Source of the DNA: a virus
Taxonomy: Duplodnaviria; Heunggongvirae; Uroviricota; Caudoviricetes
Length of the DNA stretch: 34,379 nucleotides
Strand: one strand, 5' to 3'
IMG/VR virus record: IMGVR_UViG_2734482779_000009
Positions 15,778 through 25,985 of the stretch are shown piece by piece (the first letter of the stretch is position 1; every line of letters starts with the position of its first letter). The notes beneath the pieces were generated by a model that saw nothing but the letters and a program-made list of their open reading frames with translations, was not told the origin of the DNA and ran no database searches. Made by a program: the position numbers and the translations under genes.

Positions 15778-17090
15778 CAGCGGCCATTCAGCTGTATCCC
15801 TATCAGCAGTCGTGGTTTCTGGATCGTGCCCGTTTCAAGATTGGTATGTTTGCCCGCCAGACGGGCAAGACGTTCACCACCACGCTGGAACTGGTTGATG
15901 ACTGTTTTGAAACAGAGGCATCAGGGGGACGCACTCGCTGGGTGATCCTCTCGCGCGGGGAGCGTCAGGCAAAAGAAGCCATGGTGGAGGGGGTGAAAAA
16001 ACACTGCAGCGCCTACCGGATGGCGGCCCGTGAGGTGGAAAGTTATTACCGTGCTGAAAGCGGCGAACGCTACACCATGCTTGAGGTGGAGTTACCCGGT
16101 GGCTCCCGTATCACGGCCCTGCCGGCAAATCCCGACACGGCACGTGGGTTTGCGGCTAACGTCTTTCTGGATGAGTTCGCCTTCCATGCCGACAGTCGCA
16201 AAATCTGGACCGCCCTGTTTCCGGTCATTTCCAACGGCTACAGACTGCGTGTGACATCGACGCCGAACGGCAAGGGAAACAAGTTTTATGAACTGATGAC
16301 CAGCAACGCCCTTGAAAATGTCTGGTCACGTCACATCGTGGATATTTACCGTGCCGTGCGCGACGGCCTTCCGCGTGACATTGCACAGATGCGACAGGCG
16401 CTCAACGATGATGACGCCTGGGCACAGGAGTTTGAACTGAAGTGGCTGGATGAGGCATCGGCCTGGCTGACGTTTGAACTGATTGACGGCGTGGAGCACG
16501 ATGCTGCCGGGCTGCCGGTGCACTATACGGGTGGCCCCTGCTTTGTGGGGGTGGATATTGCTGTCCGTAATGACCTGTTTGTGATCTGGGTGCTTGAACA
16601 GGTGGGGGATGTCTACTGGACCCGGGAAATCATCACCCGGAAACGGGCCACCTTTGCTGAGCAGGATGCTTTGCTGGATGACGTATTTTTCCGTTATCGC
16701 GTGCTGCGCTGCTGTATGGATCAGACAGGAATGGGGGAAAAGCCTGTGGAAGATGCTCAGGAGCGCCACGGCAGGAGTCGTGTGGAGGGGGTGATATTTA
16801 ACAGCCCGAACAAGCTCACCCTCGCGACCCGTGGCAGGGAGATGTTTGAGGACCGCTGCCTGCGTATTCCGGCGGGAGATGTGGTACTGCGCAGTGATCT
16901 GCATAAACTCCGTAAGATCACCGGACCTACCGGAGCGCCTCGCTTTGTGGCGGAAAGTGATGCAGCAGGTCACGCCGACCGTACATGGGCCTGTTTTCTG
17001 GCTATTAACGCCACTGACGGACCGTCAGGGCCGGTGGTGGCGCGTTCACGCCGCCGCCGTGAAGCCGCCCGCATGCTGGAGGGATTCTGA
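15774..17090 (+). CDS. Terminase large subunit (Mu gp28-like)
   Basis: 438 aa; Walker A-like FARQTGKT near the N-terminus; acidic nuclease region; ATGA overlap with both neighbours. Confidence 0.8.
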   Translation: MTAAIQLYPYQQSWFLDRARFKIGMFARQTGKTFTTTLELVDDCFETEASGGRTRWVILSRGERQAKEAMVEGVKKHCSAYRMAAREVESYYRAESGERYTMLEVELPGGSRITALPANPDTARGFAANVFLDEFAFHADSRKIWTALFPVISNGYRLRVTSTPNGKGNKFYELMTSNALENVWSRHIVDIYRAVRDGLPRDIAQMRQALNDDDAWAQEFELKWLDEASAWLTFELIDGVEHDAAGLPVHYTGGPCFVGVDIAVRNDLFVIWVLEQVGDVYWTREIITRKRATFAEQDALLDDVFFRYRVLRCCMDQTGMGEKPVEDAQERHGRSRVEGVIFNSPNKLTLATRGREMFEDRCLRIPAGDVVLRSDLHKLRKITGPTGAPRFVAESDAAGHADRTWACFLAINATDGPSGPVVARSRRRREAARMLEGF

Positions 17091-18583
17091 TGGCAAAAGG
17101 CATCTGGGTTTCACCCGATGAGTTCGTGGCGTTCGCCGAACCCAAAAAATCACTGACCGCGCAGATTGCCTCCCGCAGTCGCGCCATCGACTTTTACGCT
17201 CTGGGAATGTACCTGCCCAATCCTGATCCCATTCTCAAGGCTCAGGGACGGGATATCCGTATCTACCGCGAACTGCGTACCGACCCGCTGGTCGGGGGCT
17301 GTATCCGCAGACGTAAAGCGGCGCTCAAATCGCTGGAGCGTGGACTGGAGCGCGGTCACGCTTCTGCCCGGGTCTTCCGTTTCATCCGCGACATGCTCGA
17401 CGATCTGGAACTGTCCCGTATCATCGGTGAGATGAGCGATGCCGTGCTCTACGGGTATCAGCCCTGTGAAATCATGTGGGGCCGTTCGGTCAGGGCGTGG
17501 GCGGTGACGGATATTGTCGGCAAACCGCCTGAGTGGTTTCAGTTTGATACGGACAACTGCCTGCGCTTCCGGGCGCGGGAGGCAGGTGTGGAGGGGGAAC
17601 TGCTGTCACCGTCAAAATTCGTGGTGCCCGCGCAGGATGCCTCGTATGACAATCCCTACGGTTTCCCGGACCTGTCCATGTGCTTCTGGCCTGTCACCTT
17701 CAAGAAAGGCGGGATGAAATTCTGGCTCCGCTTTGCCGAAAAGTTTGGCTCCCCGTGGGTAGTCGGTAAGCACCCGAGGGGCGCAAATGATGCAGAGATT
17801 GAAGAACTGCTGGACTCCATGGAGCAGATGGTGGAGGACGCGGTGGCCGCCATCCCCGATGACAGCAGCATTGAGCTTAAGGAGGCAGGCGGCAAGGCTG
17901 CCAGCAGTGAGGTGTTCCGCGAGCTGATCACACTGTCACGCAGTGAGATCTCCATTGCATTACTCGGTCAGAACCAGACTACCGAAGCGAACAGTAACCG
18001 GGCCTCCGCGCAGGCCGGGCTGGAGGTGACGGATGATATCCGCGATGCGGATGCGGACATCATTCAGGCGGCAGTGAATCAGGTCATCAGAACGGTGGTC
18101 ACCCTGAACTTTGGCGATGTGCCGTGTCCGGTCTGGGCCATGTGGGAACAGGAGGCCATTGATGACACCCGTGCCACCCGCGACGAAAAACTCACCCGGG
18201 CGGGGCTGCGCCTGACCCCGCAGTACTTCATGCGGGAGTACCAGTTGCAGGAAGGGGATATTGACCTCTCTGATGCACCGGTTGCGGACGGGGCAGTGCC
18301 TGCAGAATTTGCCGAGGCGATAAGCGCCGATCATGATGCACAACAGCAGCTTGACGACGCGCTGGACATTCTGATGAACGGAGGTGTGTTAAATGGCACG
18401 CTGGAACCCGTCCTGGCACCTCTGTTCAGGCGGGTCGAAAATGGGGTTAACCCGTCTGAGCTGCTGGGCGAACTGGCGGAGCTCTACCCTCAGATGAGCA
18501 CGGACGATCTGCAGGAACGGCTGGCCCGCATTCTCTTTGTGGCAAATATCTGGGGGCGTCTGCATGAGCGTGACAACGGCTGA
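17090..18583 (+). CDS. Portal protein (Mu gp29-like, DUF935)
   Basis: 497 aa, between terminase and the Mu F-like gene; family recalled from sequence. Confidence 0.75.
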   Translation: MAKGIWVSPDEFVAFAEPKKSLTAQIASRSRAIDFYALGMYLPNPDPILKAQGRDIRIYRELRTDPLVGGCIRRRKAALKSLERGLERGHASARVFRFIRDMLDDLELSRIIGEMSDAVLYGYQPCEIMWGRSVRAWAVTDIVGKPPEWFQFDTDNCLRFRAREAGVEGELLSPSKFVVPAQDASYDNPYGFPDLSMCFWPVTFKKGGMKFWLRFAEKFGSPWVVGKHPRGANDAEIEELLDSMEQMVEDAVAAIPDDSSIELKEAGGKAASSEVFRELITLSRSEISIALLGQNQTTEANSNRASAQAGLEVTDDIRDADADIIQAAVNQVIRTVVTLNFGDVPCPVWAMWEQEAIDDTRATRDEKLTRAGLRLTPQYFMREYQLQEGDIDLSDAPVADGAVPAEFAEAISADHDAQQQLDDALDILMNGGVLNGTLEPVLAPLFRRVENGVNPSELLGELAELYPQMSTDDLQERLARILFVANIWGRLHERDNG

Positions 18584-19385
18584 ACTGGCGTACTGCATGA
18601 CGCTTCCCCCGAAGCGGGCAATCAGCTACCTGAAGTCCAAAGGGTATCAGATTACCTGGGACTGGGAAGAAATGTGGCAGGAAGCCCATGCCCGCGCCTT
18701 TACCGTCGCTAAAGTGACCCGCCTGGATATCCTGGAAGATATTCGCGGGGCACTGCAGCAGGCTGTCGATGAAGGAAAAACCGATCGCTGGTTCCGGCAG
18801 GAGCTGGAGCCGGCGCTGAAGCGCAAGGGATGGTGGGGACCGCGTGACACGACTGACCCGGTAACGGGTGAGCCGGTCACCATTCAGCAGGGCAGTCCGT
18901 GGCGGCTCGATACCATCTTTCGCACCAATATGTCCGTACTCTACAGCGCCGGACGGTGGGCGGAACAGATGGAAAACGTCGATGACAGGCCGTACTGGAT
19001 GTATACCGGCATCAACGACAGCCATACCCGCAGGAGCCATCTGGCGCTGCATGGTCTGGTGCTGCGCTGGGATGACCCGTTCTGGCAGGCATTTTACCCG
19101 CCGAACGGCTGGCGCTGCCGCTGTAGTGTGATTGCCCTGAGTGCGGCGGATGTACGTGCCCGTGGCCTGAAGGTTATCAGCTCCGGCTCTGCCATGGGCC
19201 AGGAACTGAAACTGGTCTCAGAGAAAACCGGCGAAATGCGGAACGTGGCCACCTTTAATACCGGTACCACGAAGGTGACCACCGACGTCGGCTGGTCTTA
19301 TGCACCGGGGGCAGCATACCGTCCCGACCTTGCCCGCTATCAGGGTACGCTTCAGCCACTGGCACAGCAGGAACTGAGAGGATAA
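18564..19385 (+). CDS. Head morphogenesis protein (Mu F-like, gp30)
   Basis: Motif WMYTGINDSHTRRSHLALHGLVLRWDDPFWQAFYPPNGWRCRC; the start is uncertain (ATG 18564 or 18597; the ORF-track TTG at 18537 is unlikely). Confidence 0.75.
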   Translation: MSVTTAELAYCMTLPPKRAISYLKSKGYQITWDWEEMWQEAHARAFTVAKVTRLDILEDIRGALQQAVDEGKTDRWFRQELEPALKRKGWWGPRDTTDPVTGEPVTIQQGSPWRLDTIFRTNMSVLYSAGRWAEQMENVDDRPYWMYTGINDSHTRRSHLALHGLVLRWDDPFWQAFYPPNGWRCRCSVIALSAADVRARGLKVISSGSAMGQELKLVSEKTGEMRNVATFNTGTTKVTTDVGWSYAPGAAYRPDLARYQGTLQPLAQQELRG

Positions 19386-19948
19386 TGATGGCTTCCGATA
19401 AACTGGTCGATATCACCATTAACGATAAATCCCTGCGCCGGAGTCTCCGCGCACTGGAGCTCTCTGCCACAGATCTGGAACCCGCGATGCGCAAAATTGC
19501 CGGTGCATTGTTAACAGAAACCCAGATAAATTTTATGGATGAAGGGCGTCCCTCCTGGCTCCCTTCGCTGGCAGCAGAAGAACGTGATGGCCAGACACTG
19601 CAGGATACAGGACGTCTGATGAGCTCTGTCACCACACATTATGACCACCATCAGGCTGTCATCGGGACTAATGTGATCTATGCGGCCATCCATCAGTTCG
19701 GAGGGGAGATTAAACATAAAGAGCGACAGCAGAGTATCCACTGGCGTCAGGACAAAGAGGGAAACCTGCGTATGTCTGAACGAAGCCGGGCACATATCTC
19801 GCAGTCGTATCATGTGGACGCGTACACATCAGAAATGCCCGCCCGTCCTTTCCTGCCACTGAAAAGCGATGGGGGTTTGCAGCCAGAGGCTGAGCGTGCC
19901 GTACTGGACACGATTGTCCGCCATCTTGAATCAGCGGCCCGTCGCTGA
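19385..19948 (+). CDS. Virion morphogenesis protein (Mu G-like)
   Basis: 187 aa between the F-like and I-like genes, the Mu order. Confidence 0.6.
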   Translation: MMASDKLVDITINDKSLRRSLRALELSATDLEPAMRKIAGALLTETQINFMDEGRPSWLPSLAAEERDGQTLQDTGRLMSSVTTHYDHHQAVIGTNVIYAAIHQFGGEIKHKERQQSIHWRQDKEGNLRMSERSRAHISQSYHVDAYTSEMPARPFLPLKSDGGLQPEAERAVLDTIVRHLESAARR

Positions 19949-19994
19949 GTTTTCTCTCTTCAGGCGGGTGATTTATCATTGCCAGCGAATGAGG

Positions 19995-20035
19995 GGCTGT
20001 ATTACCTTTATAAAGGCTTTACAGCCTCTGTTTTA
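19995..20035 (+). terminator. Candidate intrinsic terminator or attenuator between the G-like and I-like head genes
   Basis: GGCTGTA (19995-20001) / TACAGCC (20020-20026) enclosing the palindrome CCTTTATAAAGG, followed by TCTGTTTTAT; 214-bp gap before the I-like gene. Confidence 0.45.
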
Positions 20036-20162
20036 TAACCGCCCCCGGTTCACCACATTGCTTTCCCTGTCCTTCTCCCCTGATGTTTTCTAAAGCAGAT
20101 TAAAATCGCCGGGCCTGCATTTCTCACAAACTGTCTCCGACAACATAACGCGGGACAGCAAA

Positions 20163-21278
20163 ATGTCAGCCATTCACATTTTTAAAGCCGGTACCCATAC
20201 CGATATGCACGGCAAAAAACTGCCGTTCACGCCAGACGATCTTGCCGCCTGCGTGAAAGCCTATGACCCGTCCGTCCATGAAGCACCACTCGTGATTGGT
20301 CATCCCAGAACGGAAGACCCGGCGTGGGGCTGGGTGAAAGCCCTGTCGCTCAGCGGTGTCGATCTGATGGCAGAGCCTGCCCAGCTGGACCCGCAGTTTG
20401 CTGAGATGGTCACCGACGGACGATTCAAAAAAGTGTCCGCCTCTTTCTACCTCCCGGATTCACCGTCCAATCCGAAGCCCGGCGTGCTCTACCTTCGCCA
20501 TGTGGGCTTTCTCGGGGCACAGCCACCTTCCGTCAAAGGGCTGAAACAGGTGTCCTTCAGTGAGCAGGAAGAAGGTGTGGTGGAGTTCGCCGACTGGCAG
20601 GCCATCACGAATGCCTCCCTGTGGGGAAAGCTGCGCGATTTTCTGATCGCCCGCTTCAGTCTGGACGAGGCAGAAAAAGTCCTGCCGGAATGGCAGCTCA
20701 ACAGTCTGCGCGAAGAGGCGTACCGCGACACACTGTCGCAGGATGCAGCAGGTGCACAATTCAGTGAGACAGGCCAGGTGCCGTCTTCCGCAAGTAACGA
20801 GGAATCATCGATGACAAAAGAAGAGATTGAAGCCCTTCAGGAGGAGAACCGCCGCCTGAAGCAGCAGGCTGCTGATCGCGATGCGCGTGATGCACAGGTC
20901 AGACAGGAGCAACTGCATAAGGACAATGTGGCCTTTGCAGAAAAACTGGTCGCAGAGGGGCGTCTGGCTCCCCGCGCCTCCTCCGTGGTGGTTGCCCTGC
21001 TGGATGCCGTCGCCGGTGGCGACAAGCCGGTGGAGTTTGCTGAGGGGGAAAGCAGCACGCCGCTGGCCACCGCCTTCCGTTCATTGCTCTCCGACGGGGA
21101 GCCGGTGATGAATTTCGCCGAACAGGCCACAAAGGAGCGTGTCGGCGACACGGTGAAGGTGGATGTGGCGGAGTTTGCGGAAGCCGATCCTGAGCGTCTG
21201 GCCCTGCATCAGAAAGCAGTGGCCCTGTCCAAAAAAGAAGACATCAGCTATGAGGCTGCTGTCGCACGCTGCCTGTAA
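20163..21278 (+). CDS. Head maturation protease / scaffold (Mu I-like)
   Basis: 371 aa; N-terminus MSAIHIFKAGTHTDMHGKKLPFTPDDL; coiled-coil Q/E/R-rich centre; immediately upstream of the major capsid gene. Confidence 0.7.
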   Translation: MSAIHIFKAGTHTDMHGKKLPFTPDDLAACVKAYDPSVHEAPLVIGHPRTEDPAWGWVKALSLSGVDLMAEPAQLDPQFAEMVTDGRFKKVSASFYLPDSPSNPKPGVLYLRHVGFLGAQPPSVKGLKQVSFSEQEEGVVEFADWQAITNASLWGKLRDFLIARFSLDEAEKVLPEWQLNSLREEAYRDTLSQDAAGAQFSETGQVPSSASNEESSMTKEEIEALQEENRRLKQQAADRDARDAQVRQEQLHKDNVAFAEKLVAEGRLAPRASSVVVALLDAVAGGDKPVEFAEGESSTPLATAFRSLLSDGEPVMNFAEQATKERVGDTVKVDVAEFAEADPERLALHQKAVALSKKEDISYEAAVARCL

Positions 21279-21292
21279 TTTAAGGAGAAATC

Positions 21293-22246
21293 ATGTCTGA
21301 TTACTTAAAAGGTAAACGTGTCGTTGATCCGGTACTGACCAGTATCGCCCGAGGCTATAAAAATGCCGCATTCATTGGCGAACGTATTTTCCCCGTCGTG
21401 CTGACGGACAAGGAAGGCGTGCGTGTGCCGACCTTCGGGAAAACCGCCTTTGTGGAATATGACACTGAGCGTGCCGTCGGGGCGGACAGCAATGTTCTGG
21501 TCCGTGAGAAAACCGGCACGCTTGATCTGGTGCTGGGTGAGCACGATCTGGCTGCGCCGGTGGACTATCGCGAGCAGGCGGAGTCCATGTTTAACGAGGA
21601 GAGCAAGGCCATCCGTCGCGCCACGAATGGCGTGAATCTGCGCCGTGAACTTATCGCCGCCCGTCTGGCTCAGGATGAAAAGGTCTACCGTACCGGGCAC
21701 GTTAAAAAACTGACAGCCAGTGATCGCTGGGCCGGTGGTAAGGGGGACCCCATCAGGGTGATTGAAGCCGGTATGGAAGCGGTCCGTACGGCCACGGGGC
21801 TGCGTCCTAACCTGATGACCATGGGTGCCAGCGTGATGGCGCTGCTGAAGTTCCACCCGGCGATTCAGGCTGCCATCGGAGCCAACGAACGCAAGCGCAT
21901 CACCACGGAGATCCTGCAGGACCTCTTTCAGATCGAAGAGATCGTCATCGGTGCCCCTGTCTCCCTGCCATCCATGAAAGCGGCAATGGATAAGGACAGC
22001 GTGCCGGCGGATATCTGGGGAGACAACCTGATGCTGCACTACGTCGGCAAGCCGCAGCCGGGGGCGGACAGCGCGGACGAGAACGAGCCGTCCTTCGGCT
22101 ACACCCTGCGCCGTAAGGGGATGCCTGTTGCAGACAAATACGACGGTGCTGGCGGCAAGGTGAAGTACTGCCGTTATACCGATATCTACAAAGTCGCCGT
22201 GGTGGGTGGCGATGCCGGGTATCTCATCACCGGTATCAGTAAATAA
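21293..22246 (+). CDS. Major capsid protein (Mu T-like)
   Basis: 317 aa; strong RBS TAAGGAGA; follows the protease/scaffold gene. Confidence 0.8.
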   Translation: MSDYLKGKRVVDPVLTSIARGYKNAAFIGERIFPVVLTDKEGVRVPTFGKTAFVEYDTERAVGADSNVLVREKTGTLDLVLGEHDLAAPVDYREQAESMFNEESKAIRRATNGVNLRRELIAARLAQDEKVYRTGHVKKLTASDRWAGGKGDPIRVIEAGMEAVRTATGLRPNLMTMGASVMALLKFHPAIQAAIGANERKRITTEILQDLFQIEEIVIGAPVSLPSMKAAMDKDSVPADIWGDNLMLHYVGKPQPGADSADENEPSFGYTLRRKGMPVADKYDGAGGKVKYCRYTDIYKVAVVGGDAGYLITGISK

Positions 22247-22255
22247 GGAGGCGTT

Positions 22256-22594
22256 ATGGGAACCACTCAGCAGGTCATTCTGATTACAACCGTAACGGCA
22301 GGGGCAGAACTGGCACAGCAGCGTTTTGTCGGGGCAGATAATACCCCCTGTAAAGCCGGTGCCGCAGCGCTCGGGGTTGCCGAAGTGGATGCTGTTACCG
22401 GCGACAGCACGCCGGTGAGCGTTCTGGGCATTATTGCTGTTGAGGCCGGTGCTGCGGTCAGCCGTGGTGTGGCTGTTCAGTCAGATGCTCAGGCCAGAGC
22501 CGTGCCGCAGTCCGGCGACGGTAAATCCTGTGGTATTGCACTTGATGAAGCCGGGGGTGAAGGCGACGTCATTCGTATCCTGCGCGGGGTGTGA
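22256..22594 (+). CDS. Small Gly/Ala/Val-rich head-associated protein (DUF2190-like)
   Basis: 112 aa; RBS AAGGAGG; directly downstream of the major capsid gene. Confidence 0.5.
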   Translation: MGTTQQVILITTVTAGAELAQQRFVGADNTPCKAGAAALGVAEVDAVTGDSTPVSVLGIIAVEAGAAVSRGVAVQSDAQARAVPQSGDGKSCGIALDEAGGEGDVIRILRGV

Positions 22595-22595
22595 C

Positions 22596-23042
22596 ATGTA
22601 CTGCACCCTGGAGGATTTGCTTGAGCAGGTGCCGGAACGAACGCTGATCGAGCTCACCAGTGAAGAGATCGACTTCGACTCGCCTGCGGCAGTGAATACC
22701 CGTGTGGTGGAGAGCTGTATCCGCTATGCCGACGAGCTGATTGATGCCCATCTGCGCGGACGCTATATCCTGCCGCTGGCGGAGATACCGACCGTTCTGC
22801 GGGACATTGCCATCACGCTGGTCCGTTACCGGCTCTACGCCCGCCGCCCGGAAGGTGACCTCCCGGATACAGTGAAGGATGACCACAAAGAAGCGCTGCG
22901 GCAACTGAAGGAGTTACGTGATAACAGGCTCACGCTGGGGCTGCCGTCCACTCAGAAAGATGTGCCTGAGCCTGGCGAGTTTCGTGTACGCAGCCGCCCG
23001 GCCACTTTCGGCGGTCGTGACGGCTTACTGGAGAAATACTGA
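22596..23042 (+). CDS. Mu gp36-like protein (DUF1320), head-tail joining/completion
   Basis: ATG at 22596, 1 nt after the upstream stop; the ORF-track start at 22434 would overlap the previous gene. Confidence 0.55.
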   Translation: MYCTLEDLLEQVPERTLIELTSEEIDFDSPAAVNTRVVESCIRYADELIDAHLRGRYILPLAEIPTVLRDIAITLVRYRLYARRPEGDLPDTVKDDHKEALRQLKELRDNRLTLGLPSTQKDVPEPGEFRVRSRPATFGGRDGLLEKY

Positions 23043-23506
23043 TGAACGTTCTGCCCGTCCTTGATGCGGTGCTGACCCGGTTGCGCGAGAAGCTGCCTCA
23101 ACTGCAGGTGGAGTACTTCCCGGAAAAGCCGTCCGAATATCGCCTCAATCATTCTGTCGGCGCGTTGCTGCTGAGCTATGCTGGTTCGCGCTTTGACAGG
23201 CCGGATGATACCGGTGCGGTGATCCAGCCTCAGACCATCCAGCTCTGCGTCACGGTGGTCTTCCGCCAGCTCAACGGTAAAAAAGGGGCGATTAATGTCC
23301 TGGATGCTGTCCGCCGCATTCTTGGTGGCTACACCCCGCCCGGGTGCCGCCGCCGTATCTGGCTGACCCGCGAGGTGTTTATCGGTGAAGTCAGGGGGCT
23401 GTGGCAGTACGCCCTCGACTTCGCGACTGAAAGCGTCTTTATCGAAGACAGCGATTTACCGTCCGGCCCGCTGTTAACTGAAGTGAACTATGAGGAAAGC
23501 GAGTGA
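23042..23506 (+). CDS. Mu gp37-like protein, head-tail/tail completion
   Basis: 154 aa; ATGA overlap with the upstream gene; conserved position before the sheath gene. Confidence 0.5.
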   Translation: MNVLPVLDAVLTRLREKLPQLQVEYFPEKPSEYRLNHSVGALLLSYAGSRFDRPDDTGAVIQPQTIQLCVTVVFRQLNGKKGAINVLDAVRRILGGYTPPGCRRRIWLTREVFIGEVRGLWQYALDFATESVFIEDSDLPSGPLLTEVNYEESE

Positions 23507-23757
23507 TGAAAGAATACCGCTATTCCGGCCCGGCCAGCGGCGTCACGCTGTCGGACGGAACCGAAATCCTGCTCTGGCCGGGGAAGACTGTTTCCCTGCC
23601 GGAGGAGCATGACTACGTGAAGGTACTGGTGGCGCTGAAGCATCTGACGCCGGTATCTGAAGAAATTAAACCCGCCGGCACACCGGCTGTGCAGTCACCA
23701 AAGCGCAGGAACGGCGGTGACAGCGAGGTGAAAACGGAGGACGCCCATGTCAGCTAA
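23506..23757 (+). CDS. Hypothetical small protein (83 aa) upstream of the tail sheath
   Basis: ATG at 23506 overlapping the upstream stop; position matches Mu gp38. Confidence 0.45.
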   Translation: MKEYRYSGPASGVTLSDGTEILLWPGKTVSLPEEHDYVKVLVALKHLTPVSEEIKPAGTPAVQSPKRRNGGDSEVKTEDAHVS

Positions 23758-25174
23758 CTATCTGCATGGTCCGGAAACCATTGAGGTGGAAAACGGAGCC
23801 CGCCCGGTTAAAACGGTGAAATCTGCCGTTATTGGCCTGATTGGTACCGCCCCGATGGGGGATGTCAATACGCTGGTACAGTGCCTGTCTGAGAAAGACG
23901 CAGCGGCATTTGGCAGCCAGTTCACCGGCTTTACCATTCCGCAGGCGCTGGATGCGATTTATGACCATGGTGCAGGCACCGTTCTGGTCATTAACGTACT
24001 CGATCCGTCTGTGCATAAAACCGCTGTGGTCAGTGAGAATGTGTCGTTCGACAAGGCGACAGGCAGAGCCCGGCTGGCTAATCCGGTGGTCGCGCAGCTG
24101 GTACTGAAACCGGACAGCGACGGTCAGCCTTATGTTGAAGGTCAGGACTACTTGCTTGATGCACAGACCGGGGTGATTACTAACCTGGGCAAAAGCATTG
24201 CTGCAGATGCAACGGTGAAGGCCAGCTATAACTATGCTGATCCGACCAAAGTCACCCCGGCTGATATCATCGGTACCGTTAACGCTGCAGGCAACCGTAC
24301 CGGCATGAAGCTGCTTAACGACAGTTTTAACCTGTTTGGCTACTTCGCCAAAATCCTGATTGCTCCGGTATTCTGCACCCAGAACAGCGTCTCGGTTGAG
24401 CTTATCGCCATGGCTGAGAAACTGGGAGCAGTAACCTATATTGATGCGCCGGTTGGTACCACTTTTGCGCAGGCTCTGGCGGGACGTGGCCCGGAAGGCA
24501 CCATTAACTTTAATACCAGCTCTGACCGTGTCCGCCTGTGCTACCCGCATGTGAAGGTATATGACCCGGTGACGAACACGGAGCGTCTGGAGCCACTGAG
24601 CCAGCGTGCGGCGGGCCTGCGTGCCAAAGTCGACCTGGACAAAGGGTACTGGTGGTCATCCTCCAATCAGGAAATTCTGGGGATCACCGGCGTGGAGCGC
24701 CAGCTGTCGGCAATGATTGACGATCCGCAGAGCGAGGTGAACCTGCTTAACGAACAGGGGATCACCACGGTATTCAGCAGTTACGGCAGCGGCCTTCGTC
24801 TGTGGGGTAACCGGACGGCAGCATGGCCAACGGTCACCCATATGCGTAACTTTGAGAACGTTCGCCGCACCGGTGATGTGATCAACGAGTCCATTCGTTA
24901 CTTCAGCCAGCAGTACATCGACATGCCGATTACTCAGGCGCTGATTGATGCACTGACGGAGTCGGTCAACGCCTACGGTCGCAAAATGACTGGTGATGGT
25001 GCGGTACTGGGCTTCCGTTGCTGGTTTGATCCGGCCCGCAATCCGGAGACGGAGCTGGCCGCCGGGCACCTGTTGCTGAGCTACAAATATACGCCACCGC
25101 CGCCGCTGGAGCGACTGACGTTTGAGACTGAGATCATCTCGGAATACCTGTTAACCCTGAAAGGGGGCAACTGA
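23747..25174 (+). CDS. Contractile tail sheath protein (Mu L / P2 FI-like)
   Basis: 475 aa; RBS ACGGAGG; followed immediately by the tube gene. Confidence 0.8.
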   Translation: MSANYLHGPETIEVENGARPVKTVKSAVIGLIGTAPMGDVNTLVQCLSEKDAAAFGSQFTGFTIPQALDAIYDHGAGTVLVINVLDPSVHKTAVVSENVSFDKATGRARLANPVVAQLVLKPDSDGQPYVEGQDYLLDAQTGVITNLGKSIAADATVKASYNYADPTKVTPADIIGTVNAAGNRTGMKLLNDSFNLFGYFAKILIAPVFCTQNSVSVELIAMAEKLGAVTYIDAPVGTTFAQALAGRGPEGTINFNTSSDRVRLCYPHVKVYDPVTNTERLEPLSQRAAGLRAKVDLDKGYWWSSSNQEILGITGVERQLSAMIDDPQSEVNLLNEQGITTVFSSYGSGLRLWGNRTAAWPTVTHMRNFENVRRTGDVINESIRYFSQQYIDMPITQALIDALTESVNAYGRKMTGDGAVLGFRCWFDPARNPETELAAGHLLLSYKYTPPPPLERLTFETEIISEYLLTLKGGN

Positions 25175-25695
25175 TGTCAAAGATTGAGATAAACCGCATC
25201 ACGAATGCCAACATCTATCTGGATGGTACTAACCTGCTGGGACGGGCTGAGGAAGTTAAACTCCCCGATGTCTCCATGATTATGCAGGAACACAAGGCGC
25301 TGGGGATGGTGGGTAAGGTGGAACTCCCGGCTGGTTTTGACAAACTGGAAGGCGAAATCAAATGGAACAGCTTTTACCGCGATGCGATGCTGTCAGCCGC
25401 GAACCCGTACAGGTCGCTGGCACTGCAGTGTCGTTCCAGCGTCCAGCGCTACAGCTCGCAGGGGCTGATTGACGAAATCCCGCTGGTCACCTTCCTGACG
25501 ATTATGTTCAAGAAGAACCCGCTGGGGACGTTCAAACAGCACGAGAACGCCGAGTTCTCCAGTAGCTTCACCTGCACGTATATCAGACAGGTACTGGATG
25601 GTGAAGAGCTGCTGGAGCTGGACTATCTGGCCAACATCTTCCGCGTCGGTGGCGTTGATCAACTGACCGACTACCGCATCAATATCGGGGGCTGA
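25174..25695 (+). CDS. Tail tube protein (Mu M / P2 FII-like)
   Basis: 173 aa; ATGA overlap with the sheath gene. Confidence 0.75.
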   Translation: MSKIEINRITNANIYLDGTNLLGRAEEVKLPDVSMIMQEHKALGMVGKVELPAGFDKLEGEIKWNSFYRDAMLSAANPYRSLALQCRSSVQRYSSQGLIDEIPLVTFLTIMFKKNPLGTFKQHENAEFSSSFTCTYIRQVLDGEELLELDYLANIFRVGGVDQLTDYRINIGG

Positions 25696-25697
25696 CA

Positions 25698-25979
25698 GTG
25701 AGTGTTGAACTGACGGATAAAGGAGGTCGATGTGCAGCACTGGGCATGTCGAACGGTACGTGGTTTACCCTTCTCGATATTCCGGGGGTGGAAACCCTTT
25801 TTAATACCCGTAAAACCAATGACCCGATTGACTGCACACGTTCAAAGGCCCGCAAACTGGCCGATTTGATTGAAGCATGGGAGCCGCCCGACCACTGGTT
25901 CTCCGGCACCGGCAAATCTGAGGGAAAGGCGCTTCTCATCGCTTTCCTGCGTAACTGCAAGGGGTTTCGCACTTGCTGA
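25698..25979 (+). CDS. Hypothetical small protein (93 aa; GTG start, alternative ATG at 25746)
   Basis: Followed by a terminator-like hairpin; a strong AAGGAGG at 25719-25725 instead sits upstream of short out-of-frame ORFs, so the start is uncertain. Confidence 0.35.
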   Translation: MSVELTDKGGRCAALGMSNGTWFTLLDIPGVETLFNTRKTNDPIDCTRSKARKLADLIEAWEPPDHWFSGTGKSEGKALLIAFLRNCKGFRTC

Positions 25980-25985
25980 TATCAC

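Noticed and set aside
16326-16973. 215-aa minus-strand ORF inside the large terminase gene
   Set aside because: Antisense to the terminase; no RBS or motif.
21305-22039. 244-aa minus-strand ORF inside the major capsid gene
   Set aside because: Antisense shadow ORF; the capsid gene has a strong RBS and a conserved position.
23750-24550. 266-aa minus-strand ORF inside the tail sheath gene
   Set aside because: Antisense shadow ORF.
25730-25869. Short ORFs (24 and 45 aa) downstream of the strong AAGGAGG at 25719..25725
   Set aside because: Too short and featureless to call; noted only because the RBS is unusually good.
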